Source: Ramazzottius varieornatus
Lineage: Eukaryota > Animalia > Tardigrada
Reading direction: 5' to 3'
Length of the DNA: 64,000 bases
Assembly: GCA_001949185.1 (NCBI GenBank)
Contig: BDGG01000001.1
Coordinates: 696,128-760,127, forward strand
How positions within the stretch are numbered: the first letter of the stretch is position 1; each line of letters opens with the position of its first letter. The position numbers and the translations under genes are program-made. Under the pieces are notes generated by a model. That model saw only the letters and a program-made list of their open reading frames with translations. It did no database searches and was not told the DNA's origin. This document shows positions 12,301 to 27,300 of the stretch, piece after piece.

Positions 12301-15300
12301 CATAATTCCACAAGAAAAAGTATCATTATTCTGAAAGAACGAACATGTTCGGTGGGTGAAATACAACACACTTACCTTTTAACCCACACAACAATGTCAT
12401 TTTTGAAGTTTGATTGATTTTCGTCGGATATTCTTTAAATGTGTGGAGTCATCATGCACCAATGTTTCAACGGATTTCTACGATTTTTCGACAGACCATA
12501 ACTTTGTTCATTTCGAGGCCACTATGTCACGGTGGCTAGTCCTAGCAATTCGTTTTCTGGACGCTGATGCACTTTGAGCGCACTTATTTCTTATTTACTT
12601 ATTTCTGGTGTGTACTTTTTCGCAGGTGACCGGACTCGAGCCGAAGAAAGAGTACAAATTCCGCATCAAGGCCCTCAACGCCGTCGGTAGTTCCGAACCG
12701 TTGACCACACCCAAAGGCATCATTGCCAAGAATCCCTACGATGAGCCAGGCGAGCCCGGCAAACCCGAAGTGACAGACTGGGACAAGGACCACGTTGATT
12801 TGCAATGGGCTCCGCCTACCAACGACGGTGGTGCACCCATCGAAAAGTACATTGTGGAGATGAAGGACAAGTTCTCTAACAACTGGGTTCCCGCAAAGGA
12901 AGTACCTGCCGGACCAGCGCCAGTCAAGACGACTGTGGATGGACTTAAAGAAGGCGGACAGTACGAGTTCCGTGTACGAGCCGTCAACAAGGCTGGACCG
13001 GGTAACCCCAGCCCACCCACCAAACCAATCCTCACCAAATCGCGCTTCAGTAAGTCGCCCAAAGCATGAACTACTGTAAATATTCGCTGCGTCCGCGCAA
13101 TACGTCGTCGCACAAGTGAAGTACCGCCTCGGTCCGGTTTTTCGAATCGTGCAACCCCTACGGGGGCGCATCGTCACGTACGTGTACGTACTGCGCGGAT
13201 GCAGCGAATATTTACAGTATATAACAGATAAGTAGAACATTTTCATAGAGGGGACTTTGAAAATATTGTAGAAAAAATCCTGTCTTGACGGTATATTTGT
13301 CGTAATTATGACGCACGGTTAAATTGGCTGACTGATTTAATTGCTATCCATGACAATGCCGGTGAGCTTTAGCAGGCTGCATGGCTGACTTTGATCTTTT
13401 CGGCAGTCAAGCCGTCCATTTTTGTGGAAGATTTGGGCAGCATCGTCGTCAAAGCCGGCTCGGTCATCCGTTTTGACGTTCGCGTCGGCGGCGAACCCTT
13501 CCCAGAAATCATCTGGTATGCCTTGGGTAAGCCACTCAAGGACAACAAGCGTGCTACGATCGAAATCAGCGAACAAAACAAGAAGACGACCATTGCCATC
13601 AAGGCTGCCGAACGTGGTGACACCGGCAAGTACAAGCTGACAGTCCGCAATATCAATGTCCGAACTGGCGAGTCCGCCGAAGTCTCGGCTGAAGGTGATG
13701 TTGTCGTGCTGGGCGCACCCGCGCGACCTGAAGGCCCGTTGGAGGTCAGTTCTGCCTTCATTCAGTTCCAATTTAAGATGTTGGCAAATGACTTCACGCA
13801 GTTTGTTCTCTTGAGTGGTGCATGTGTTCATTGTTATGAGGCGTGTGACAATTTTGGAGCTCGGGCAAATCATTTGTTTCCAAAAGGCGCACGCGTCTAG
13901 GCAATAACAGTTACAGCATGCGCCACTTAAGACTGCGATCTGCGGCAAATCCTTTTATAGGCAACTGTTGATTCTTTGTAGGTTCACGATGTGACGGCGA
14001 ATAACGCCAAGCTGAAGTTTAAGAAGCCGCTCGATGATGGTGGACAAGACATCAGCCACTACGAGTTTGAGAAACAGGAAGCTGGTACTGGTAACTGGGT
14101 GCCTTGTGGACGAACCAAGGACGCCAACGAGACCGAAGGCAAGGTTGAAGGGTTGACACCGGGCAAGAAGTACTTGTTCCGAGTCAAAGCTGTCAACAAA
14201 GAAGGCGCTGGTGAACCGCTGGAAACGACCACGCCGATTCTCGCTAAGAATCCCTATGGTGAGTGCGGGCGTTTATTTCGCTTGGGAACCACGTGTAGAA
14301 AATTGCCGAAATTCAGGATCACTCTGGCCATCGGTAAATGTATGCAATGCGCAATCAAACGAAGGAGAAAGGGTTCATGCATTTTCGTATGCCTTCAGCA
14401 ATGAAGCAGTTTCGTTTTTTGTTTTGAACATAGTGTCACACGTGGCCTCACTCTTGTTTTCGTTCAGATGAGCCTGGCAAGCCCGGTACGCCACAGGTGA
14501 CCGACTGGGACAAAGACCGCGTCGACCTGACATGGACAGCGCCGACCAACGACGGTGGCGCGCCCATCACTTCCTACATCATCGAGAAGAAGCTCAAGAA
14601 GAGCAAGGACTGGGAGAAGGCCATTGAAGTCCCCGTCACACCCGGCTCAGAACTCAAGGCCAGCGTACCGGATCTCAAAGAAAAGGAAGAGTACGAGTTC
14701 CGAGTTCGCGCTGTCAACAAGGCCGGACCTGGTGCTCCCAGTGACGCTACAAAACCTGTCTTAGTCAAGACTCGCTTCCGTAAGTCTAACTCAATGAAAT
14801 AAAACTTTTTGGTAGTTCCGAATCATTTCCGCCTGACATCAGCCTGACTGAATAATCTGCGCCAACAAGAAACAAATCGGAGCTCGGCAAAACTTGGCAA
14901 GATCGTTTTTCACAGTGGCGCACGCCTTCAGCCTGTAAAACTGGATACCTGCGCCACTGGGTCAAACCGGCAAGATCGTTTCCAAGCGGCGTACGTTACC
15001 GGCCAGTATTAGCGAGAAATTGAGCCAGTACGAAAAACGATCATGTTGAGTTTGTTTGCGGAGCTTCACAATGATGATAGAAACACAAAATGAACCACGT
15101 CTTATAAACAACTTCAGGCATACGGCTTGTCAGCTTCTGATCTGGGATTTCTATCGCAGTGAAGCCAAGGATCATTCGAGACAAGTTGGTCACAACGACC
15201 ATCAAAGTCGGTCAAACCTTCACATTCGACGTGGACATTATTGGCGAACCCGCTCCCACGACAGTGTGGGAACTGAACGGTAAGGAACTGCTGACCGACG

Positions 15301-18300
15301 GTATGCGCACCGTTAAACACGAAGACTACAAGACCCACATCAGCAACAAGAAAGCCACTCGGGCCGATGCCGGCAAGTACATCATCACCGCCACCAACTC
15401 TAGTGGCAGCGACACAGCCGAAGTGGAGGTTGTCGTGTTGGGTCGACCTTCCCGACCAGAAGGCCCCATCACCATCCCTGAGACTACCGACAAGTCTATC
15501 AAGATGAAGTGGAACCCGCCAAAGGATGACGGTGGCATGCCCATCGACAAGTACGTCATCGAGAAACAGGACCCCAAGACGGGCAACTGGGTGCCGGCTG
15601 GAACTGTCCCGGGTGACACTACCGAGTTTACAGCGGAAGGACTGACACCGAAACAAAAGTATAACTTCAGGATCAAGGCCGTCAACAAGGAAGGCGAATC
15701 GGAACCACTGACGACGGAAACTGCCATCGTCGCCAAATATCCTTTCGGTAATGCCAACTTCCTTGTTCACTTTTGCCTTCTGAAGGATTTTTTCGTCGGT
15801 GCACACCTCAATGTGGTAAAAATTACGATCGCCTTGAAATGCGATGCATTGACCGCGATATGACTTCTAGATAATCACTAATAGCTCTCTTGACTTAGAA
15901 CCGACACGGCAGGAGGGACGTGGTTCCACTGTCGCTTTTTACCACGGATATTCTTACCGATACGAACTGGTGTTCACTGCAAAATCTGTTGCTGCATGTC
16001 TTTATTCATGAACCGTTCAAAGATGCAACTGTAACGGTTTCATTTCTCGTTTTTCAGATGAACCAGGCAAGCCGGGTACACCTCAAGTGACAGACTACGA
16101 CAAGGACCGAGTAGACCTAAAGTGGACCGCACCAGAGTCGGATGGTGGTTCGCCCATCACCTCGTACGTTATCGAGAAGCGACTCAAGGGAAGCAAAGAC
16201 TGGAGCAAGGCGGCCGAAGTTCCGGCTCACAAGACGGAAGCCTCCGTCACGGATCTGCCTGAACGGCAAGAGTTCGAGTTCCGAGTGGTGGCCGTCAACA
16301 AAGCTGGACCGGGTGAACCCAGTGACGCCAGCAAGTCCGTCATCACCAAACCCAAATTCCGTACGTAACGTTCTTCTAAGCCACCACGTAAATCAATCGT
16401 GGAAAATTCTCAAAGTGGCGCACATTTTCATTGTTATTGGCTGGAAGCTGCGTCACTTGCGCTACCACTCTTTGTCGGGTTCCTAAGTGACGCACGTTTT
16501 TATTGTTACTGGTCGGAAAGGTGCGCCACTTGTGACGACAACCGTGTGCGTTTCGTTTGCTGGCCTCTCAAGCATTCAAATACGAAGCGCGTAAATAATA
16601 GCTGCTTCTTTCCTGTTACAGTGAAGCCCAGAATCGATAGGAAGAATCTGAAGCCCATCACAATCAAAGCCGGTGAAGCCTTCGCCTTCGAATGTGACGT
16701 TCAAGGTGAGCCCCCGCCAGAGAAGACCTGGTCACTCGAGCCGGCCAAGAAGGGTGTCAAAGGTGGTCCGGTCGGTTCACGCGCAAACGTGACCAACGAA
16801 GACTACAAGACTAAGATCGCTGTCAAGCGCGCTGAGCGTGCGGATGCCGGCACCTACACCATCACCGCCAAGAACGACAGTGGTGTCGATAGTGCCACAG
16901 TGGAAGTGGTCGTCTTGGACAAGCCACTTATGCCTGGTGGACCATTGGAGGTGAACGATATACACGCCAAGCATTGCGATCTGAAGTGGAATGCTCCGGA
17001 AGATGATGGTGGAAGTCCCATCGAGGCTTATGAGGTGGAGAAGTACGATGTAGCGGCGGCCAAGTGGGTGCCGATTGGCAGATCCAAGGAACCGGCTTTC
17101 CATGTGGAAGGTCTGGAACCGGGGCATCAGTACAAGTTTAGGGTGAAGGCTGTCAACGCACAGGGACCTTCGGAAGAACTCGTTACTGATAAACCGATTG
17201 TGGCCAAGAACCCATACGGTGAGCGGATAAAGGCGATAACTTGCCAAAATTATTTTGTGGAAAATATCGTAGAGAAATGCCAGAATTGGGAATTTGTGAC
17301 CATGCAGATGCCTATTCATAATATCAAAACAAACATGTGGAAAAATGTTATACTTAACGCTGGACAATCACAATTGATGTTATGCGAACGAATTTTCTAA
17401 GTTTCTGTGTGTTTGGTCGGGGTAGATGCACCTGATGCACCAAATAAGCCAGACATTACCGACTGGGACAAGGACCACGTCGATTTGAAATGGACACCTC
17501 CAAAGAACGACGGTGGCGCTCCCATTGAAAAGTACATTATTGAAAAGAAGGAGAAAAATGGTGAATGGGAACCCGCAGCGGAAGTTCCTGCCGACCAGAC
17601 CACCGGCACAGCACCCAACCTCACCGAAGGAAAGGAGTATCAGTTCCGTGTCCGAGCTGTCAACAAGGGCGGCCCAGGCGCGCCTAGCGAAGCTACCGAA
17701 CCGAAAATTGCCAAACCCCGTCACCGTACGTCCATTCAGTTCCAACACTATCGGTAGCGGTTATGAAATATTGACGGAATGATATGGGACGTTGACAAAG
17801 GAAATCACCAACTTGAGTCAAGTCGGTTGTTTTCTGAAGAGGCGCAGGCGCACAGCTTATGACTGCAAAACTGTGCGGCGCTTGAGGAAAATAACCTGGT
17901 TGATACTCTTTGCCGAAGTCCCAAATATAACATTATTTCAAGCAAATTTGAAAAAACAAAATGACAGAAAATAGTGAATAGTGAAAATAATGAATGTTGA
18001 AACTATTTTTGCAGTGGCGCCCAAGATCGATCGAAAGAATCTCGAGACACTCCGCGTCAAAGCCGGTCAACCCATTGACTTCAACGTCAACGTCATCGGT
18101 GAGCCTCCGCCAACCACCGTCTGGAAGCTCAAAGGCAAGGAGCTCAGGTCCGACTCTCGCGTTAAAATTGACAACAAGGACTACAACACCCACTTGGTCA
18201 TTAAGTCATCCAAACGCGGTGACACCGGCAAGTACGTGTTGACCGCCACCAACGACTCGGGTACTGACAGCGCCGAGGTTGAGGTGGTCGTACTGGACGC

Positions 18301-21300
18301 CCCTGCTGCACCCGAAGGTCCTTTGAAGATTGAGGAGATCCGCAAGGAAAGCTGCAAGCTGTCGTGGGACAAGCCGGTTGACGATGGTGGTAGTGACATC
18401 TCGCACTATGCCGTCGAGAAGATGGATATGGCCACTGGCAAATGGGTCAAGGTTGGTGATGCTCCGGGAGATGCCACGGAGTTCGCGGTGGAAGGACTGA
18501 CACCCGATCATCAGTACAAGTTTAGAGTGAAGGCCGTGAACAGACAGGGTGAATCGGAACCTTTGACGGCCGAAACACCCATCACAGCAAAAGACCCATG
18601 GGGTAATTTCGAGAAAGAACAACTACTGAAAATATATTCTTTGTTATAATTCTCCAGCTTTTTCTTGATGGGGTACATCATTTATGACAGTGTTATGTGG
18701 GGAGGCGAAGTTTGAACACTTTCTACGATATTTTGTACAGTATACTTTTTTAGAATACGGTCTTGTTTTGAATGTGTGTAATACGCATAAGTGTTTTGCT
18801 CGAATCCATGGGTGTGTCTTTTCAGTTGCTCCCGATGCACCCGGCAAGCCCGAAGTGACAGACTACGACAAGGACCACGTCGATCTGAAGTGGGCTCCAC
18901 CTCTAAACGATGGCGGTGCGCCAGTGGAAAAGTACCTAATCGAGAAGAAGGGCAAGGACGGAATCTGGATGCCTGCTGCTGAAGTGCCAGGCGACCAGAC
19001 CACAGGCACCGTTCCCAACCTGTTGGACGGCCAGACTTACGAGTTCCGCGTCAAAGCTGTCAACAAAGCCGGACCAGGTAACTGAATCCCTTTCGCCATT
19101 AGCTTAACGTTCTCGAAAAACTTAAATTCCTTTCTTCGCCACTGAAATCTATGACTGGAAAATTCGTAGTGAAAAGGCTACACTTAGTGCCAGTTGGGCC
19201 AATAGAAAATGAAAACTGATTTGCGAAAGAAGAAGATTATTGAAACGAATTTTAAAAATAAGCACAATACTGTCACTTTGAGTACGATACCAATTTTTTT
19301 GCCATCAGGTGAGCCTTCTACGGCTACGCAGCCTTTCCGTGTCCGTCCCAAACATCTGGCTCCATCCATCGACAAGACCGCCCTCCGCGAAATCAAGATT
19401 AAAGCCGGTCAACCTTTCAATTTTGACGTGCCGGTCATCGGTGAAGAGCCCCCGAAGAAGACCTGGACACTCAACGACTCGCCACTCAACCTCGACAAGG
19501 ACCGTAACGTCACCAACGAAGAGTATAGGACTAAGCTGGACGTGAAAAACGCCACGCGTGCCGACTCGGGTACCTACACCCTGACAGCCACCAACACCAG
19601 CGGGACCGACACAGCCACGGTCAAAGTCATCGTGTTGGACAAACCCACGTCGCCACGAGGTCCGTTGAACGTGGATGATGTGACCAAGGATAGCTGCCAT
19701 TTGAGCTGGAAGGCCCCTGAAGACGACGGCGGACAGGATATCCACTATGTCGTGGAGAAACAGGACCAGGCTACGGGCCTGTGGGAACCTGTCACCGAAT
19801 GCAAGGGCACTAATTGCGATGTCGGAAAGCTGACCCCCAACCACGAGTACAAGTTCAGGGTCAAGGCGGTCAACCGCCAAGGCGAATCCGCACCCTTGGT
19901 CACCCAAGTGCCCATTGAGGCCAAGAATCCCTTTGATGAACCAGGAAAAACAAGTAAGGCTAAAATCAAGTGCTGAAGTAATCGTAAAAAACAGACATAT
20001 CAATTGAGGTATTTGCTTTGTTGAGAGTGGTGCTGAATTTTGAGACGGCGGTAAACTTAACCCAACTTGTTGTCTCAAGTGGTGCAGGTTCACATTGCTG
20101 TTGGCTGGGAGCGTGCATTACTTTGGAGAACGGTCTGGGCGAATTCATTGCGGTCCAAGAAACTCTTCATGAAATTCCAGCCTCGTAATGCATTTGTTTT
20201 TAAGGTGCACCGGAAGTGACAGATTGGGCCAAGGACCACGTGGACCTGAAGTGGAATCCACCCATCAACGACGGTGGTGCACCCATCGAGAAGTACATTA
20301 TCGAGAAGCGCAAGAAGAACGCACCTTTCTGGGAGACGGCCGCCGAAGTCCCAGGTGACAAGACGGAAGGTACCGCCGGCGGCTTGAAGGAAAACGACGA
20401 GTACGAGTTCCGTATCGTCGCTGTCAACAAAGCCGGCCCCGGTGAACCTTCCGATGCGTCACGTATGGTCAAATGCAAACCGCGCAACTTGGCTCCTACT
20501 CTCGACATGTCCGCCCTCAAAGACATTAAAGTCAAAGCTGGTCAGCCGATCCGCTTCAGAGTGCCCATCAGTGGCGAACCCACACCTACTTCCACATGGA
20601 CGGTGGATGGCAAGCCTGTCAAGGGTGATGATCGAGTGGAGGAGGAAAAGAAGGAGGACTATGTGGTTTTGGAAATCAAGAATGCCAAAAGAAGCGACAA
20701 GGGCAAGTACACACTGACGTTGGAGAACGTCAATGGTACCAAAGCTGGCTCGGCTAACGTCGAGGTGTTGGACAAACCCTCAGCGCCAGAAGGTCCACTG
20801 AAGGCTAGCGATATCCACAAGGAAGGATGCACCCTGGCCTGGAAGGCACCAGAAGATGATGGCGGTAGTGAGATTGTCAAATACGTCGTGGAGAAGATGG
20901 ATACATCCCGTGGAACTTGGGTAAGTTATGGGGGAAGATACTAGTCAACAGTTGATCACACAGAGAAAGCGTAGAAAACTGTCTGATTGGTGGGAAGATT
21001 GCGTTTGAATCAGCAATTCAGTCGTGAAAAGCCTTTCAGAGTCTTCTGGACATATTTTCAAGATAGAAACATCACTTGATTTATTTTTACATCTTCTCCC
21101 AAGCTGACCGTTGAAAATTTTATTCAGGTTGATGCCGGTGAAACACCCGACACGAAAATCAAAATCAACAAGTTGACGCCGAACAAGGAGTACGCTTTCC
21201 GCGTAAAGGCTGTCAACGCCCAAGGCGAATCTATCCCTCTGGAAATCATCAATCCGATCGTCGCTAAGAATCCCTTCGATGTACCCGACGCACCTGGCGA

Positions 21301-24300
21301 GCCGCAGATCGTCGACTTTGGTCCCGACCACGTCGACTTGTCCTGGATAGCTCCCCTCAACGACGGTGGCGCCCCCATCACCAAGTACATAATCGAGAAG
21401 AAGGCCAAGTACTCCCCAGTCTGGGAAAAGGCCGCTGAAATCCCCGGGGACAAGACATCGGGCACCGCACCCAACCTGACCGAAGGCGAGGAGTACGAGT
21501 TCCGAGTGATTGCTGTCAATGAAGGGGGCGAGAGCGAACCTAGTGTGGTGTCCAAACCCGTCGTGGCTAAACACCGCCGACTGCCACCAAAGATCAAGAG
21601 CAACTTGAGGGACATCAAGCTGAAGGCCGGTCAGCCTCTGAATATCGAAGTGGAGTTTGTGGGGGCGCCCATGCCGGAAGTAACGTGGGTCAACGGGGAT
21701 AAGGTCTTGAAGGTCGAACCTGGCAAGACTATGATCACTACCGAAGAAGGCAGAAGTCGCATCACCATTCCGATGACGGAACGGGGTGACAGCGGACCAT
21801 GGAAGCTGAAGTTGAAGAATGAGTTCGGTGTGGACGAGGCTAACTTCACGGTGACCATCATGGATAAACCACAGGCACCTAAAGGTACGTTGAACATGTT
21901 TATTCTTCAGACCTTCTTTATTACACCAATTGGTTCTTGCACAAACGTAACAAGTAGCATAGAACGCGCCGTGAGACATATCTTTTTTGCATTATTTTTG
22001 TGGGTAATTATTTTTCTGCTCAAATTTTACCTGCAGTTATGTCGAATTATTTTTGCAGACAAAACACTATTGCAGGCCCTATTTGGATGGTTAACAAGAG
22101 ACCACAGACTGCAGAGCCTACCCGAAAAATAATGTTTTGACATATTATCTAGGGCCCTTGGACGTGTCGGAAATCACCAAAGACAGCTGCAAACTGAAAT
22201 GGAACCCACCCACCGACGACGGTGGCGTTCCCCTCACCGGTTACGTTGTCGAGAAGCGCGACACGAAACGCGGCACATGGGTACCCGTAGCCACCGTGGC
22301 CGGTACCGAATGCCGTGTACCCAAGTTGAAAGAAGGCGAAGAGTACGAGTTTCGAGTCATGGCCGAGAACAGTATGGGTACATCCGAGCCACTCCTCACC
22401 ACCAAGCCCATCGTTGCCAAAGACCCCTACAGTCCACCTGGTGAACCCGGCCAACCTGAAGCCGTCGACACCGACCGCGACCACATAACCATCGCATGGA
22501 CACCCCCCGAAACCACGGGTGGATCACCCATCACTGGTTACGACGTCGAACGGAAGGACGAGAAGGGACGCTGGGTCAAGGTCAACCGCGAACCGGTGAG
22601 AGGGACCGAGTTCACCGATGACACTGTCCAGCCTAACAAGACGTACGAGTATCGTGTCACAGCCAAGAACGCAGCGGGACCGGGTAAACCGTCAGAAGTG
22701 TCCAAGCCCATCAAGGCCAAGCCGATGAAGGAAGCGCCCAAGATCAACTTGGATGGTCTGCTGGGTAAGGATATTCGAGTAAGAGCTGGTGAACCCTTAA
22801 CGATTGATGTACCGATCACGGGTGCTCCGACACCGACGTGTGAATGGGCCAAGGACGGTAAGGTCTTGACGCCTGGTCGTGGTTTGGAGCTGACGAGCGG
22901 TGAAGAACAGGCCAAACTGTACATTCCTGCGGCCAAGAAGGAAGACAAGGGCAAGTATAAGCTGACCGTATTTAACATCCATGGTACGGCGGATGCTTCG
23001 ATCAATGTCATTGTGCTGGATAAACCGGACGCGCCGGAAGGTCCGTTGGAATACTCGGACGTGACGGCTAATTCCATCAAGCTGGCGTGGAAACCACCTA
23101 AAGAGAACAATGGGGGCGAAATCACAGGGTACGTAACTGTAGGGTAATTTTGAAGGCTTCGTAGCCAAAACGACTAGTCCCATGTGCACAGACCTGCTTT
23201 TTACAAGATCGATGACACGAGAAAAAATATAACGCATATTGACGAAAGTGGTGGAAGGTTGAGTAAATTGTTGGCGTTTCATCTTTTTACAGGTATGTGG
23301 TGGAGAAGTGTCCAGCTGGCAGTACCGTCTGGGAGCGCGTTCCCGGCGTGGCACCAGGTGAGAAGATGACGGTCAAAGGCTTGGAAGAAGGCAAAAAGTA
23401 CATGTTCCGAGTCAAGGCTGAGAACCTGTACGGTCAGAGTGAGCCGCTGGTTGGAGGCAGCGTTACCGCCGAGAACCCATTCGGTGCTCCAGATGCACCA
23501 TCGGCCCCGGAAATCACCGACACCACACCAAAGTCCATTGGACTCAAGTGGAACAAGCCAAAGAATGACGGCGGAAGCCCCATCCAGGGCTACATTGTCG
23601 AGAAGCGCGAGCCTGGTGTGCAGGATGAATGGAAACCAGTCAATACCAAACCAATCATCGGCACTCATTACAATGTGCCTAACTTGGATGAGGGACATGG
23701 ATATGAATTCCGCGTCATAGCTGTGAACGACGCCGGTCCGGGTAGGTTGACGTGGGATAGTTCCCTAAAACCATCGTAGAAAAGCGCCAAATACCTTATC
23801 ATTACTACCACACACAATAGCTTCCACTAACGTACTTGACAATGGTATCTCTTGGTCATCAATTATTATTAGAACACTAGCGAACATTTGGTGCATGATG
23901 AACTGACAAGTATGGGCTTAATGTTTACTCCATAGGTAAGCCGAGTAAGGCAAGCGAGCTTGCCATCGCCCAGGACACATCCAGGCCCGACGCACCCGAC
24001 ACTCCCAAGGTCGACGGTACCACCAAAGACTCCGTTTCTCTTTCGTGGAACAAGCCCATCAACACTGGTGGCTCGCCCATCCAAGGTTACATTATCGAGA
24101 AGAAGGGTCCAGGTGACGCTGACTTCAAGCCAGTCAACAAGTCGCCGGTAGCCGACACCAAGTTCACAGTACCTGGTCTGACCGAAGGCGACGAGTACCA
24201 GTTCCGCGTTCGAGCCGTCAACGATGCCGGCGAAAGCGAACCCAGCAAGCCTGTTGGACCAGTCAAGGCTGAGAACATGCCCGAAAAGCCTCATATCGAT

Positions 24301-27300
24301 ATGGGCAAGATCAAGGACATCACGGTCAAAGCCGGTCAACCCTTCGAGATTAGGGTACCCTACCACGGCTACCCACAACCTACTGCTGAATGGATCAAGG
24401 TACGAAAGCGTGTCGCAGAATATCCAGGTCTTCCGTACTCAGTTTTGAATTCCGAAGTTTCATGAGTTTTTGCATGTAGTAGGTGGTAGTCCTACAAGGC
24501 GAGGTCTCGTGTACAGTGGTCCGAGTAGGACTAACGCCTACGCAGCGGTAAAACGGAAATATTTCTGGCGACATACCTTTGTTTTTAGGGTAACCGTGTT
24601 CGACACGCATTAACTTGTTTCGATATCAGATTAATATTGCAGGTCGACGCACTGGGAAATCCGAAGGACGTATCGGACACCGATTCCCGCGTGCTGACCA
24701 AGACCTCACCAGATTTCACTCTCCTGAGCGTTAGTCCAGCCAAGCGCTCCGACACTGGTGTGTACAAGCTCACGCTGAAGAACCGTCTTGGACAAGACAC
24801 CGGTTCGGTGCGGGTCACTGTATTGGACAGACCCGCCGCACCCGAACGACTACGAGCTGACGAGATTGACATTGACAATGTCACTTTGAGATGGAATCCA
24901 CCCAAGGACGACGGTGGTGAAGCAGTCACCAACTACGTCGTTGAGAAACGCGGACCTGATGGTGTATGGACCAAAGTCAACAACTTCGTTACCGGTACCA
25001 CGGTCAAAGTCAGGAATCTAAAAACGGGTACTCCGTATGATTTCCGAGTCATGGCCGAGAACTCCAATGGCCGCAGTGAACCATGCTTGACGGAAGACGC
25101 CATCATCCCCAAGTCACCATACGGTAAATTTTGTTAAAATTTGAAAATATCCGTGAAGAAAAGTCGTAATACCATGTGGCACGTCATTCGGAGTTGACAA
25201 TCTGAAGTGCTTCTGAGAATGCGAAATTTCGCTGTTCGAAAGTAAATTCATGGACGGTTCCACTGCGACGTTTTTCTACGTCGTACAGCATCGATACTCT
25301 GAATGTATGGATCGGTTTGACCTTCACTGAAAAGTTTGGTGTTATAAAGACGGGAAATCATTTTGGAGTAACTCCAGCAATATTTTTGTTTCTACAGGTA
25401 AGCCGGGCGCACCCGGTACACCAGTCTGCGTCGACTCCACACCAGAGTCTATCAGCCTCCAATGGTCGCGTCCCATCAACGACGGCGGTTCGCCCGTCCA
25501 AGGCTACGTTGTCGAGAAGCGCGACTCGCCGGACGGTAAATGGACCAAGGCCAACGTGGGTCTGGTGACGGATAACAAGTTCACCGTGACGGGTCTGCAA
25601 GAGAACAAGCCGTACGAGTTCCGAGTGGCAGCAGTCAACGAAGGGGGCCAAGGTGAGTACAGCAACACCAGTGACGAAATCTACGCTCGTCCACCGCCCT
25701 CCGCACCCAAGATCGACTGGGACAACTTTCGCATGCGTGATCTGGTGGTGCGTGAAGGCGAACCCTTCAAGATCAGCATACCCTTCAAGGGCAGCCCAGT
25801 ACCGACGGTCAGCTGGATCGTCAATGGATCGCCCCTCTTCCCCTCAGACAGGGTGGTCATTGAGACTACCGACGGAAAGGTGGCAATGTTGCACAACAAG
25901 TCGGCCAAGCGAGCGGATTCCGGCAACTACAGAGTTTCGCTGGTCAATGACAAGGTACTGGCAAATGAACCCATGACAGATACTGTTTGTATAAATGTAA
26001 AAAAGAAAGTCTGAAATTTATTTCGTTAGTCGATTGCATTTTGTGTTGAATTTACAGATACTTATAGGTATGATACAGATAAATTTGTTGTGGTGAAAGC
26101 AATTGTGCTTTTTTCTACGAGTAATCCGTACGAATAATTGCGCCACAACATATTTTTACAGGGTTCGGATTCAGCTTCGTGTACTGTGACAGTCGTCTCG
26201 GCGCCACAGCCTCCCAAGGGACCGCTTGAGCCAATCGAGACCACACCGGAATCCATCAAGCTACGCTGGTCGCCACCCGAAGACGACGGTGGTGCACCGG
26301 TCAGCAACTACATCGTCGAGAAATGCGATGCTGGCTCTGACAAATGGGTCAAGGTCTCCAGTTTCGTCCGCTCGCCCGAATACGATGTCCGCAACCTGGA
26401 AGAGAACAAAAAGTACAAGTTCCGAGTGCGCGCTGAGAACATTTACGGTATCAGTGAACCGCTGGAAACCGACAAGGAAATCACAGCCAAGCATCCCTTC
26501 GACACTCCAGGCGCACCTGGCACGCCCGATGTGACCGATATCGACTCTGACTCGGTCAGCTTGCAATGGACCAGACCGACCACCGATGGGGGTAGCAAGA
26601 TCCTTGGCTATGTCGTCGAAGGCAAACACCCGGGAGACAGGGCGTGGAAGCCGATGGGCGAGAGCAAGGACACCAAGTTCACAGTACCTCACCTCCATGA
26701 AGGCGAAGAGTGGGAGTTTAGGGTCCGAGCCAGAAACTCGGCTGGACCTGGAGCGCCTAGCGAAAGCACCCCTGCCATCATTGTCCGTCCCAGAGCCAGT
26801 AAGTGAAGTTTGGCCGGACTCAATAGAAATCAGGGTATCCTCCAAGTTGAACTACCGTACCGGACACCTGATTTCTATCACAAGTGGCCCTATAAAGTTT
26901 TCGAAGTTTGCATCAGTGAAAAGTCTTTTCTCGTAGCGGTTCCATCGCCACCCGGTATGCCCGAAGTGGTTAAAGTCGGTCGCAGCTACATCGACCTAAA
27001 ATGGGCTACGCCAAAGAACGACGGTGGCTCGAAGATTATCGGCTACAGAGTGGAGCGTCGCGACAAGAATGGCTACAACTGGATTCGAGCCCACGATTAC
27101 TCAACCGTCCAAGACACGAGCGTTACCGTCATGAACCTGATCGAAGGCAGCGAGTATGAGTTCCGCGTCTGTGCCGTCAACTCGGTGGGCGAATCTGACT
27201 TCTCCCTGGGTACCATGCCCATCAAAGTCAAGGAACCGACGGATGGCACCAAGCCCGACATTATCAAAAAGTTCAACAACGTGACGTCGTCACTTGGCAA

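Larger units (their letters stand above)
12046..23020 (+). other. Core of eight Fn-Fn-Ig super-repeats of twitchin
   Basis: Recurring motifs P..DGG..I..Y.VEK, YEFRVRAVNKAGPG and KAGQ..FDV..GEP counted across ORFs 11619-23147. Confidence 0.85.
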
